The translations under genes were made by a program, and so were the position numbers. From Candidatus Saccharimonadia bacterium (GTDB taxonomy: Bacteria > Patescibacteriota > SICC01), in contig JANWJF010000001.1 in the NCBI GenBank assembly GCA_025449535.1, positions 549,136 to 613,135 of the forward strand: DNA of 64,000 bases, given 5' to 3'. Below, piece by piece: positions 47,353 through 56,112 of this stretch (position 1 is its first letter; each line of letters opens with the position of its first letter). Under the pieces are notes generated by a model, which was given only the letters and a program-made list of their open reading frames with translations, had not been told where the DNA came from and made no database searches.

Positions 47353-48087
47353 ATGGCTGATTACACGCTCAAAGCGGAACCGCGCGAAGAAACCGGCAAG
47401 CAGGTCGGTCGGCTGCGCCGTGACGGCAAGGTGCCGGCGGTGCTCTACGGCCACGGCGTGAAGCCGCGGAACCTGACGTTGGTGCGCGGCGAGCTGGAGC
47501 GCGTCTACCACAAGGCGGGCGGCTCGACCGTGGTCGGGATCAAGTTGGACAAGGGCGAGGAGAATGCGCTGATCCAGGAGGTCCAGCACGACCCGCGGAC
47601 CGGCCGGTATCTGCATGCGGATCTCTACCGCGTCCGGATGGACGAGAAGATCAAGGCGACCGTGCCGCTGGCGTTCGAGGGCACCGCTCTGGCTGTCCGC
47701 GAGCTCGACGGTACGCTGCTGACCAACCTCAACGAGGTCGAGGTCGAGTGTCTGCCGGGCGACCTGCCGTCCGAGATCGTAGTGGACGTCGGGACGCTGA
47801 AGACGTTCGAGGACTCGATTACCGTAGGAGACCTGAAGGTCGCATCCGGCGTGGAGATCCACGCCGAGGAAGACGCCAGCGTCGCGACGGTGACGCCGCC
47901 GCGTACTCAGGAGGAACTCGAGGCGCTCGACGAGGAAGATACCGAGGGCAAGGTCGAGGATACCGAGGTCGAGGGTGCGGACGAGGAAGGTGCCGAAGGC
48001 GAGGGCGAAGGCGAAGACGCCGGTGGCGACGATCAATCAGACGATCAAAAATCGGACGAAAAGTCCGACGACAAGAAGAAGGAGTAG
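47353..48087 (+). CDS. rplY: 50S ribosomal protein L25/general stress protein Ctc with acidic C-terminal tail
   Basis: …PAVLYGHG…L..D…RVRMDEKI… is the L25/Ctc pattern. The C-terminal ~60 aa are Asp/Glu/Gly-rich. Confidence 0.85.
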   Translation: MADYTLKAEPREETGKQVGRLRRDGKVPAVLYGHGVKPRNLTLVRGELERVYHKAGGSTVVGIKLDKGEENALIQEVQHDPRTGRYLHADLYRVRMDEKIKATVPLAFEGTALAVRELDGTLLTNLNEVEVECLPGDLPSEIVVDVGTLKTFEDSITVGDLKVASGVEIHAEEDASVATVTPPRTQEELEALDEEDTEGKVEDTEVEGADEEGAEGEGEGEDAGGDDQSDDQKSDEKSDDKKKE

Positions 48088-48088
48088 C

Positions 48089-48391
48089 TTAGCTGCCGAT
48101 GCGATACGCCGGCTTCACGCCGAGCAGATCGCCGAGCATGTAGGCGACGACCAGGTAGGCAAGGAAGATCAGGATCAGGCCGAGCACGGCGTAGAGCACG
48201 GTGTTCCGGGCCTTCTCGACGCCTTCCGCGTTGCCCATCGAGACGATGAACCGGAAGCCGCCGATGATGATGAACAGCAGCGCCACGGCCCCCGCCCAGA
48301 GCAGGAGGGCATTGATGACCTGCGCGAAGACCTCGCTCATATCCGTGGCGGTCAGGGGGTTGGGGACGATTGGTGCGGTAAGTAGTTCCAT
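48089..48391 (-). CDS. VirB2/TrbC-like pilin candidate (small secreted two-TM protein)
   Basis: 100 aa. N-terminal leader-like MELLTAPIVPNPLTATDMSEVF, then two hydrophobic helices separated by a GNAEG loop, and a C-terminus …YRIGS. TAGAAT sits 9 nt upstream of the ATG (leaderless). Confidence 0.4.
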   Translation of the reverse strand: MELLTAPIVPNPLTATDMSEVFAQVINALLLWAGAVALLFIIIGGFRFIVSMGNAEGVEKARNTVLYAVLGLILIFLAYLVVAYMLGDLLGVKPAYRIGS

Positions 48392-48489
48392 CGAGTTTGG
48401 ATTCTACCGGATTGGCGCCGAATAGGCGAGCGTTATCTCGCTGGTTCAGCGTTTTTCACGGCTTCTGAACATATCGCAGATTCGCCGCG

Positions 48490-48519
48490 TTGACAAGCGG
48501 GTAAGCGAGCGACTATAGT
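48490..48519 (+). promoter_or_regulatory. sigma70-like promoter TTGACA-N18-TATAGT with 10-bp direct repeats GTAAGCGAGC flanking the -10
   Basis: ttgacaagcggGTAAGCGAGCgacTATAGTaGTAAGCGAGCt lies ~70 nt upstream of the LTD gene ATG. Confidence 0.5.
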
Positions 48520-48591
48520 AGTAAGCGAGCTACCATAAGGTGGCCGGAGGGCGGGGGGCAATCGGGACATGGGTTTCCTTTAGACATACGC

Positions 48592-49278
48592 ATGAAGAAG
48601 CTACTTTTAATCCTGGCCTTGGTCGTACTGCCGCTGCCGGTCGCCGCGGCCGACCCTTCTCCTTCGCCGAACGCCACGCCGGTTCCCAAGCCCGTGGGCG
48701 GCGAGGTACGGATCAATGAGTTCCTGCCGAATCCCGAAGGAGCCGATTCCGGCAATGAATGGGTGGAACTGAAGAACGTCAGCAGCAAGACGCTCGACGT
48801 CGGCGGTCTGAAGCTGAAGCGCCAATCGGGGACCACCTTGGTGACGGTCCCTGCCGGGACCGTGCTGGAGCCGGGAGGGATCCTCTCCCAGAGCGCATCC
48901 AGCAGCATGACGAACGGCGGCGACACGATCGAATTGTGGGCGGACACGGTCCTGATCGACCAGGTGACGTATGACGTCGCGGAGGACGGGATGGCCTGGA
49001 CCCGTCTTGGCACCGGCGAAGGGGCCTGGACGGATGTACCTACCCCGGGCGAGGAGAATCCGGCCGAGGTGCCGGCAGGGACGCCGGATACCGGCACGGC
49101 CGCCGACCCGACCAGCGCTACCACCCGGGCACCGGTCGTCGGCAGCAGCAGCGTAGCCCGGCGCACCGCCACGGCGCCCGCCAAGCGAGGACCGCTGCCC
49201 AAATCCGGACCCGACGCCTGGCCGTACGTCCTGCCCGTGTTGCTCGCCACCCTCTATGCTTATAAGGCAGGCATATGA
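48592..49278 (+). CDS. lamin-tail-domain (LTD) secreted protein with C-terminal LPKSG + hydrophobic + KAGI sorting-like signal
   Basis: Signal peptide. The LTD core is INEFLPNPEGADSGNEWVELKNVSSKTLDVGGLKL…GGDTIELW. The C-terminus is KRGPLPKSGPDAWPYVLPVLLATLYAYKAGI. Confidence 0.7.
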   Translation: MKKLLLILALVVLPLPVAAADPSPSPNATPVPKPVGGEVRINEFLPNPEGADSGNEWVELKNVSSKTLDVGGLKLKRQSGTTLVTVPAGTVLEPGGILSQSASSSMTNGGDTIELWADTVLIDQVTYDVAEDGMAWTRLGTGEGAWTDVPTPGEENPAEVPAGTPDTGTAADPTSATTRAPVVGSSSVARRTATAPAKRGPLPKSGPDAWPYVLPVLLATLYAYKAGI

Positions 49279-49724
49279 TTTCCATGGTCACGAACTCGCC
49301 GGAAGAGACGAAGGAACTGGGGCGCCGCTTGGCGGAATCGCTCGATGGCGGTGAGAACCTGCTGCTGGTCGGCGACCTCGGTGCGGGAAAGACAGCGTTC
49401 GCGCAAGGGCTGGCCCAGGGGCTCGGTGTCACCGAGCCGGTGAAGTCGCCGACCTACACGTACCTGCGGGAATACGACCTGCCGAACCGGTCCACGCGGT
49501 TGGCCCACTTCGACCTCTACCGCCTGCCGGACCGGCCGACGGAAGCGGAACTGCGTTCGATAGAACTTCCGGAACGGCTGGCCGACCGGAACGTGATCAC
49601 GGTCATCGAATGGGCGGACAAGCTGCGCGAACAAGGCGGCACCTGCTGGACCCTCGAGTTCTCCGTTGCCGAGGATGGCAAGCGCGACATCCGGATCCCG
49701 AAGGCATTGAAGCGGGCGATTTGA
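49275..49724 (+). CDS. tsaE: tRNA threonylcarbamoyladenosine biosynthesis protein TsaE
   Basis: Walker A LVGDLGAGKTAF, then …KSPTYTYLREY. 149 aa. Confidence 0.85.
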   Translation: MISMVTNSPEETKELGRRLAESLDGGENLLLVGDLGAGKTAFAQGLAQGLGVTEPVKSPTYTYLREYDLPNRSTRLAHFDLYRLPDRPTEAELRSIELPERLADRNVITVIEWADKLREQGGTCWTLEFSVAEDGKRDIRIPKALKRAI

Positions 49725-50140
49725 TGAGGCGCTTCCTGTTGATCGACACCGCCGCGGAACCGTCTGCCATCGCGCTGGCGACCGCCCGGAAGGTCCTGGC
49801 CGAGTCGACGGTAACGAACCGCAAGCGTCTATCGGAGGAACTGCTGGCCCGGATCGACACGCTCTGCGGCGAATCAAGCACGCCACTCAAGGAGCTTTCC
49901 GCGATCGGCATCGTCAGCGGGCCGGGACCGTTCACGGCGCTCCGGATCGGCACGGCGGTCGCCAACGCCTTGGGGTACGCCCACAAGCTTCCGCTGGTCC
50001 CGGTCGGAGGCGACGAGGTACCGTCCCTGCCGGCGTTCGCCAAGCTGGTGGCGGAGAAGCTGGACAAGCGCGAGACGGTCGGCGCGGTCCTGCCGAACTA
50101 CGGCCGCGAACCGTCGATCACGCCGCCGAAGAAAAAGTAA
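49724..50140 (+). CDS. tsaB: TsaB/YeaZ-like (inactive Kae1 homologue, short form)
   Basis: ATG 49724 overlaps the tsaE stop. MRRFLLIDTAAEPSAIALA… and …GIVSGPGPFTALRIGTAVANALG are typical of the YeaZ N-terminal domain. Confidence 0.7.
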   Translation: MRRFLLIDTAAEPSAIALATARKVLAESTVTNRKRLSEELLARIDTLCGESSTPLKELSAIGIVSGPGPFTALRIGTAVANALGYAHKLPLVPVGGDEVPSLPAFAKLVAEKLDKRETVGAVLPNYGREPSITPPKKK

Positions 50141-50151
50141 ACTGCCAGCGC

Positions 50152-52110
50152 CTACTTCGCGTTACCCGAGACCCGGTACACATCGATCGGGCCGGTCGGG
50201 GAATCGAACCGTTCCCAGCGCGGATACCGTTCCGCGAAGTACGCCTCGTCCACCTCATACCCTTCGTCGGCCCGCTCGGACGGGCCGATCATGACGTAGT
50301 CGGTCCCGTACTGCTTCAGCAACGCGGGGGTCTCGGGGTCGCCCTCGTAGATCCTGGTGACGTCGAGCTCGCGACCTTTGTAGTCCAGGCCGTAACTCCA
50401 GAGCCAGCCGGTATAGCCCAACACCAGGCTTCGTCCGGCCAGCGCCCCGACCGGGTTGTTGATCACCTGCGAGGTCAGCCAGACGGAGTCCGGCGCCGAA
50501 CGTTCCCGGACGGTCTCGGCGATCCGTCCGCCCACCGGGTCGAACATCAACGCCCGGTAATGGTTGGGCGGGACCGTCTTGGCGACGTCCCCGATGCCGG
50601 CCAGGATCAGGAAGGGGAACAGGACGGCGACGCCGGCCCGGGCCCAGCCGCCCCGCTCGAACAACCAGACCAACAGCGCGGCCACCGCGGGGATGCTCAT
50701 CAGCAGCCAGTAGACGAGCAGCTTGGTGTTGTCCCAGTCCCAGGGCTGGAAGACGTAGAGGTTCGCGACCAGCCAGACGATCGCTCCGGCCCCGGTGAAC
50801 TGCAGCAAAAGCGGGTTGCGCTTCCGCAGCCACCAGAACGAGACCAGGAGCAGCGGCAGGAACAGACCTGCGTTCTTCAGCCAAAACCAAGGCAGGAACT
50901 CGCCATGGGCCGTCCAGCCGAGCTGGTACCGGAAGAAGAGGTACGATCGTACGCCGGAGGAAACCCAAAGTACCTGTGGCAGCGCCAGGAGCAGGATCGG
51001 GACGATGAAGTAGAGCCATGGCCCCAGCTGGGCCAACCGCCGCTTCCGCCGCCCGGCCAGCCGGCTCCAGGTGAAGACCACGAGTCCCGGCGTCAGCAGG
51101 CCGAGGAAGACCAGCGAATGGGTGTGGACCAACGGCAACAGCGCGCCGAGCAGTCCGGCGGCCAGGAACGGCTTGCGGGGGTCCCGGCCCTTCAGGCCGG
51201 CGTAGAGGAGCGAGAGGATCGCCAGGGTCAACGGCAGGCCGAACAGGAAGGCGCGCTGCGGGACCAGGTACGCGAAGATCGGGTTGATGAAGTTGATGTT
51301 CGAGAACGGCTCGCCGCTGCCGGTGGACGTGTAGGAATTGGGTATCTTCGCCAGGAAGGTCCCAAGCGATTGGTGCGCGTCGACGAAGTCGACGATCAGG
51401 TTCACGAAGCCGAGCCCGCCGAAGAGATAGAAGAGGACGGCGCCGGCGACCATCGCCTTGGGGCCGACGGTCAGCCGCAGGAAGGCCATGAGCAACCCCA
51501 GGCCGCAGACGATCAGCAGGACGCCGGGGACCTTCATGGCGGCGGTCAGGCCGATACCGCCGACGGCCAGCATCGCCGAGACGAAGTTCGTGAGCAGCGG
51601 ATAGGTGATCTTCTGACCGGCCAGCGCCGTCTGCTCCGGCGGGAAGTTGTCACCGTGGATGAAGCTGGTCGTCTGGGCGAGGTGCTGGTTCCAGTCGCCC
51701 CAGACGTTGCCGAACCCCGCATAGATCGAACCTCCGTCCTCGAACAGCGCCCGCCACATGATCGTCGAAAGCAGTGCCGCCAGCGCCAGGAACGCGAGCG
51801 CCCCCAACCTGAACCACCGGCCCCGCCAGCGCTTCCGGAAGTCCTTCGCCTCGGATGCGACCTGGTCGGGGATACCGGACCGCCAGCCGATCGCCAGGGC
51901 CCCGGCTGACAGCAGGGCGCTCGGGACGGCCACGGCCGCCGCGGACATCCCGAACAGCAGCGCCCAGACGAACCCGAGCAGGCCGCCGACGGCCAGCCCG
52001 ACCGGGATCCCGGCGAACACCCGTTCCTCGATCCGGAACTTGATCGGCAACAGGCAGGCGACGCAGGTCCCGAACGCGGCCGCGCTGATCAGGAATAGGA
52101 CGGAAAGCAT
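50152..52110 (-). CDS. large polytopic membrane protein, GT-C-like (putative glycosyl/arabinosyl-transferase, ArnT/PMT/YfhO-like)
   Basis: 652 aa with ≥12 TM helices and a ~150-aa C-terminal extracytoplasmic domain. Family assignment is by architecture only. Confidence 0.5.
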   Translation of the reverse strand: MLSVLFLISAAAFGTCVACLLPIKFRIEERVFAGIPVGLAVGGLLGFVWALLFGMSAAAVAVPSALLSAGALAIGWRSGIPDQVASEAKDFRKRWRGRWFRLGALAFLALAALLSTIMWRALFEDGGSIYAGFGNVWGDWNQHLAQTTSFIHGDNFPPEQTALAGQKITYPLLTNFVSAMLAVGGIGLTAAMKVPGVLLIVCGLGLLMAFLRLTVGPKAMVAGAVLFYLFGGLGFVNLIVDFVDAHQSLGTFLAKIPNSYTSTGSGEPFSNINFINPIFAYLVPQRAFLFGLPLTLAILSLLYAGLKGRDPRKPFLAAGLLGALLPLVHTHSLVFLGLLTPGLVVFTWSRLAGRRKRRLAQLGPWLYFIVPILLLALPQVLWVSSGVRSYLFFRYQLGWTAHGEFLPWFWLKNAGLFLPLLLVSFWWLRKRNPLLLQFTGAGAIVWLVANLYVFQPWDWDNTKLLVYWLLMSIPAVAALLVWLFERGGWARAGVAVLFPFLILAGIGDVAKTVPPNHYRALMFDPVGGRIAETVRERSAPDSVWLTSQVINNPVGALAGRSLVLGYTGWLWSYGLDYKGRELDVTRIYEGDPETPALLKQYGTDYVMIGPSERADEGYEVDEAYFAERYPRWERFDSPTGPIDVYRVSGNAK

Positions 52111-52197
52111 ACTTGTTCAGGGTACCGCGCCCGCTGACCCCCGGCGAGCCTCCGCCAGGGTGGTATAGTGGAACGGAAATGATAACGGTACACAGGT

Positions 52198-53715
52198 ATG
52201 GACATTCCGTTGCTGCTAGTAGCCGCCGGGGTCGGAATCGGCGTCGGTTATGCGATTTTTGCGAATCGCGGCAAGGGCGAGCACGAGCGGGCCAAGGTCA
52301 AGGCTGACAAGGAGCTCGCCGAAGCCCAGGCCAAGGCCAAGGAACTGACGCTCAAGGCGCAGGAAGACGTCCTGCGTGCCAAGGAATCCGCCAAGCAAGA
52401 GGAAGCCGACCTGCGCAAGCGCCTGGAGGCATCCGAGTCGCGCGTGGCCGCGCGTGAGCAGACGCTCGACCAGAAGGAGAAGCAGCTCGACGGGAAGCGC
52501 GAGCAGCTTGATGCCGACCGCGAACAGGTCCGGAAGCTCAAGGACGAAGTCGAGGAAGTGAAGCAGCGCCAGGTGGCTAACCTGGAGAAGGTCTCCAAGC
52601 TGACCCAGGCGAAGGCCAAGGACGTTCTCCTGAAGATGGTCGAGAAGGACTTCTCCTCCGAGCTGGCCCGCCGGGCGAAGGAGATCGAGGACAAGGCGAA
52701 CGAGGAGGCCGAGGTGCGGGCCAAGAAGATCATCGCCCAGTCGATCCAACGGTACGCCGCCGACCAGTCCGCCGAGCTCACCGTGACCACGGTGAAGATC
52801 CCGAACGACGACGTGAAGGGGCGGATCATCGGCAAGGAAGGCCGGAACATCCAGTCCTTCGAGAAGGCCACCGGCATCGACATCATCGTCGACGACACGC
52901 CGGACACCGTGGTGATCTCCGGCTACAACCCGGTGCGCCGCCAGATCGCCCGGATCGCGATGGAGAAGCTGGTCGCGGACGGCCGGATCAACCCGTCGCG
53001 GATCGAGGAAGTCGTAAAGAAGGCCGAGACGGAAGTGAACCAGATCACCAAGAAGGCCGGCGAGGATGCGCTGTACGAGCTGAAGCTGTCCGGCATCAAC
53101 CCGGACCTTACCAAGTTGCTCGGCACGATGAAGTTCCGGACCTCGTACGGCCAGAACATCCTCAAGCACTCCGTCGAGGTCAGCTTCATCGCCCAGATGC
53201 TGGCCGGCGAGCTGAAGGTCGACGCCACCAAGGCCAAGCTGGCCGGACTCTTCCATGACATCGGCAAGGCCGTCACCCACGAGGTCGAAGGACCGCACGC
53301 GTTGATCGGCCGCGACATCTGCAAGAAGTACGGTCTGCCCGAGGACGTCTGCCACGCCGTCGGCGCCCACCACGAGGACCTGCCGATCGAGTCGACGCTC
53401 GACATCATCACCCAGGTGGCGGACGCGATCTCCGGCGCCCGCCCGGGTTCACGACGCGAGAGCTTCGAGCAGTACGTCAAACGGCTAACCGAACTGGAGA
53501 ACGTCGCCAACGGATTCGACGGCGTCGAGAAGGCGTACGCGATCCAGGCCGGCCGCGAGGTACGGGTCATCGTGAAGCCCGAGGAAGTCGACGACCTCTC
53601 GACGCTAAAGCTGGCCAAGGACGTCGCCCGGAAGATCGAGAAGGAAATGACCTTCCCGGGCCAGATCACCGTTAACGTACTCCGCGAGACCAAGGCGACC
53701 GAGATCGCGAAGTAG
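52198..53715 (+). CDS. rny: ribonuclease Y
   Basis: N-terminal TM helix, a coiled-coil, KH domain VKIPNDDVKGRIIGKEGRNIQSFE and HD domain …LAGLFHDIGKA…. Confidence 0.9.
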   Translation: MDIPLLLVAAGVGIGVGYAIFANRGKGEHERAKVKADKELAEAQAKAKELTLKAQEDVLRAKESAKQEEADLRKRLEASESRVAAREQTLDQKEKQLDGKREQLDADREQVRKLKDEVEEVKQRQVANLEKVSKLTQAKAKDVLLKMVEKDFSSELARRAKEIEDKANEEAEVRAKKIIAQSIQRYAADQSAELTVTTVKIPNDDVKGRIIGKEGRNIQSFEKATGIDIIVDDTPDTVVISGYNPVRRQIARIAMEKLVADGRINPSRIEEVVKKAETEVNQITKKAGEDALYELKLSGINPDLTKLLGTMKFRTSYGQNILKHSVEVSFIAQMLAGELKVDATKAKLAGLFHDIGKAVTHEVEGPHALIGRDICKKYGLPEDVCHAVGAHHEDLPIESTLDIITQVADAISGARPGSRRESFEQYVKRLTELENVANGFDGVEKAYAIQAGREVRVIVKPEEVDDLSTLKLAKDVARKIEKEMTFPGQITVNVLRETKATEIAK

Positions 53716-53716
53716 A

Positions 53717-54145
53717 ATGTCCGGCCATAACCAACTCGTGCTCTTCGAAGGAAAGCACTGGCGGGTGCAGCTGCATCACAACCAGAGCTACCTCGGACGC
53801 TCCAAAGCGATACTAAAACGCGAGCTCCTGGACCCACTCGAATGTACCGCCGAGGAACGCGACGAGCTTTGGGAAGAGATACTCCCCAAGTATCGGCAGG
53901 CAGTAAACGCTGCGTTCAAGCCCATCAGAATCAACTACGCCCACCTGGCGAACGCGGACCTGCAAGTGCATTGGCACCTCGTCCCGCGTTATGAGGATCC
54001 GAACGACCGGACATTCGAAGGAATCACGTTCGTAGATACAAATGTTGGACACAACTTCGCGCCACATCCGGACGTTCCTGATGGCGCGACGGACGAGCTG
54101 GTCCAGGCAATCCGTGTGGCGTTGAAAAACCATCTACCGGCGTGA
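53717..54145 (+). CDS. HIT-family protein
   Basis: Histidine-triad QVHWHLVPRY (HxHxHxx). 142 aa. Confidence 0.7.
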   Translation: MSGHNQLVLFEGKHWRVQLHHNQSYLGRSKAILKRELLDPLECTAEERDELWEEILPKYRQAVNAAFKPIRINYAHLANADLQVHWHLVPRYEDPNDRTFEGITFVDTNVGHNFAPHPDVPDGATDELVQAIRVALKNHLPA

Positions 54146-54933
54146 AAATCCTCTTCCTGGCGGATGTCTATGGGCCAGCCGGAGTGAAGGCTGTCCAAGA
54201 AACGCTTCCGGGCTGGAAAAAGAAATACAGTCCTGACTTCACCATCGTAAATGCTGAGAACTCCGCATCCGACGGCGTGAACGCGACGCCGGAAACTTTG
54301 ACGGCTTTACGGGAGGCCGGCGCGGAGGCGTTTACGCTCGGTGACCACTTCCTCTACCGGAAGTTCAAGCCGCTAGCCTCGTTCCCGATCGTCCGGCCGT
54401 CGAACCTGGAGACGGAAGACGGAGTCGGTTCGAACGTCTTCGAAACCGTTACGGGCAAGAAAGTCCTCGTTGCTGTCTTGATGGGAAAGTTTGCAATGAA
54501 GCCCGGTGCGACGAATTATTTTCAGGCGGCAGATGACTTACTTCGAAAACACGGGTCGGAAAAACCCGACGCGGTTTTCATAGAGTTCCATGCCGGAGCG
54601 ACCAGCGAGGAACAGGCCATGGGCTTTTACCTGGATGGAAAAGTCAGCGTAGTCGTCGGCACGCATACTCATGTCCCGACCGCGGACACACGCATCCTGC
54701 CGAAGGGTACGGCTTTCCAAAGCGACGTCGGCATGTGCGGGGCGCTCAACTCAGTAATCGGAGCTACCGTTGAGTCCTCATTAAACTTCCTGCGAAAGGA
54801 ACTTGGCGAAGATGTCGGCAAGGCCCGACCCGAGGCGCCAAACCAGGGGCCTTACGTCTGCGATGCGGTCCTGATTGAGACCGATGGACCGACGAAAGCA
54901 AAGTCGATCAAGCGTCTGACATCCCGGCCTTAA
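54142..54933 (+). CDS. ymdB: YmdB-family metallophosphoesterase (2',3'-cyclic-nucleotide 2'-phosphodiesterase-like)
   Basis: MKILFLADVYGPAG…NAENSASDG…FHAGATSE…GTHTHVPTAD is the TIGR00282-like pattern. It lies directly downstream of rny, as in Firmicutes. Confidence 0.75.
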   Translation: MKILFLADVYGPAGVKAVQETLPGWKKKYSPDFTIVNAENSASDGVNATPETLTALREAGAEAFTLGDHFLYRKFKPLASFPIVRPSNLETEDGVGSNVFETVTGKKVLVAVLMGKFAMKPGATNYFQAADDLLRKHGSEKPDAVFIEFHAGATSEEQAMGFYLDGKVSVVVGTHTHVPTADTRILPKGTAFQSDVGMCGALNSVIGATVESSLNFLRKELGEDVGKARPEAPNQGPYVCDAVLIETDGPTKAKSIKRLTSRP

Positions 54934-55526
54934 TCCGTCGCGGCCGATTCGATCGGGTTTTCGGCATACGCCCGAAATCCAGTCGGGACTTCCACCACAC
55001 CGTCCGGTGTATCAATGTGTTCCGCGTCCGGAGGCAGGGTGACTTCCAGTCCTTCCCAATTCGGCGGCGGCTCGTAATATCCTGAGACGACCAAGGACTC
55101 GCTTTGTTCAGTCAGTGCGACGATCGTGTAAAAAGATTCCGGCGGCAACGGTACTTCCCAGCCAGGTGCCAGGATAGTCTGGTCTACCAGGACGTTCCCA
55201 GGCTTCATAGTGACCAGTAGTCCATACCCCCGGTGGACGGTCAGACTTTTCTCCGGAGCCGCCTGGGTCCAGTAGGCTAGCTCCGTACGGTTGCCTGGCA
55301 GGATCACGGCCGCGTTTCGGCTGGCCCGGGCCTCATCACCGTCAGAATAGGTGATTTCTAAGTAGGTGTATGCGGCGCCATCCGATTCTTCCTGGCTTTC
55401 GCTGATCGCTACCCGTCGATCCGGGTGATCGGCGAGGTCGGCCGCAACGTCGATACCGTACGCAGCGGCGATTTCCTCAGGTGAATGCTCGGCTCCAGGC
55501 GCAATCATGGCTGACAATTGTAGCAA
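54930..55526 (-). CDS. hypothetical protein (cupin-like beta-rich?)
   Basis: 198-aa ORF convergent with ymdB, with coding-like composition. Confidence 0.45.
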   Translation of the reverse strand: MLQLSAMIAPGAEHSPEEIAAAYGIDVAADLADHPDRRVAISESQEESDGAAYTYLEITYSDGDEARASRNAAVILPGNRTELAYWTQAAPEKSLTVHRGYGLLVTMKPGNVLVDQTILAPGWEVPLPPESFYTIVALTEQSESLVVSGYYEPPPNWEGLEVTLPPDAEHIDTPDGVVEVPTGFRAYAENPIESAATD

Positions 55527-55669
55527 AGGAAAAATCCCTTGTCTAGAGGCTTTTTCATCAATCAGCTATCCACACGTACTCGGTTGACAGATTTTTTCCC
55601 ATGGCCATACTGGGGTTACCAAGCAAAAGGCTTTGGTTAACCTATTCCCTACGAGAGGAGGTGACGCAC

Positions 55670-55963
55670 ATGGCAGGTGCAACGATGAACAAGCAAGACC
55701 TCATCGAGACGATGGCGAACCGTGCCAAGATCTCGAAGAAGTCCGCTACGGTGGCGCTTGAGGCGCTGACCGATTCGATCACGAAGACGCTCCAGAACCG
55801 GGGCAAGGTATCGATCAGCGGCTTTGGCGCGTGGTACGCGAACACGCGGGCGCCGCGCATGGGCGTGAACCCGCAGAACACCAGCGAACGGATCAACATT
55901 CCGGAGACGACGGTGGCGAAGTTCACTCCCGGCAAGAACCTGAAGGAAGCCGTCCGCAAGTAA
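55670..55963 (+). CDS. hup: HU-family DNA-binding protein
   Basis: MNKQDLIETMANRAKISKKSATVALEALTDSITKTLQNRGKVSISGFG…RAPRMGVNPQ…KFTPGKNLKEAV is a canonical HU. A GGAGG RBS lies upstream of ATG 55670; an alternative start is at 55685. Confidence 0.85.
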   Translation: MAGATMNKQDLIETMANRAKISKKSATVALEALTDSITKTLQNRGKVSISGFGAWYANTRAPRMGVNPQNTSERINIPETTVAKFTPGKNLKEAVRK

Positions 55964-56037
55964 TATGGCGGACGTACGGTAGCTCTCTCGGCGGGAACGT
56001 CGAGGGGGCTTTTGTATATCGGCTAAGATTGGTACAT

Positions 56038-56111
56038 CGGGGCGTAGCGCAGCCTGGTAGCGCGCCTGCTTTGGGAGCAGGAGGTCGTCAGTTCGAATCT
56101 GACCGCCCCGA
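56038..56111 (+). tRNA. tRNA-Pro (anticodon TGG)
   Basis: Acceptor CGGGGCG/CGCCCCG, anticodon stem cctgc/gcagg with loop ttTGGga, and T arm gtcagttcgaatctgac. Confidence 0.85.
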
Positions 56112-56112
56112 C

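Noticed and set aside
50255-51909. ORFs 50255-51019 (-) and 50560-51909 (+) over the GT-C membrane protein gene
   Set aside because: They are frame-shifted or antisense to a continuous 652-aa hydrophobic ORF, with Arg/Pro/Gly/Gln-rich composition.
52216-53373. 385-aa minus-strand ORF antisense to rny
   Set aside because: rny carries KH and HD motifs. The antisense translation is L/G/D/V low-complexity.
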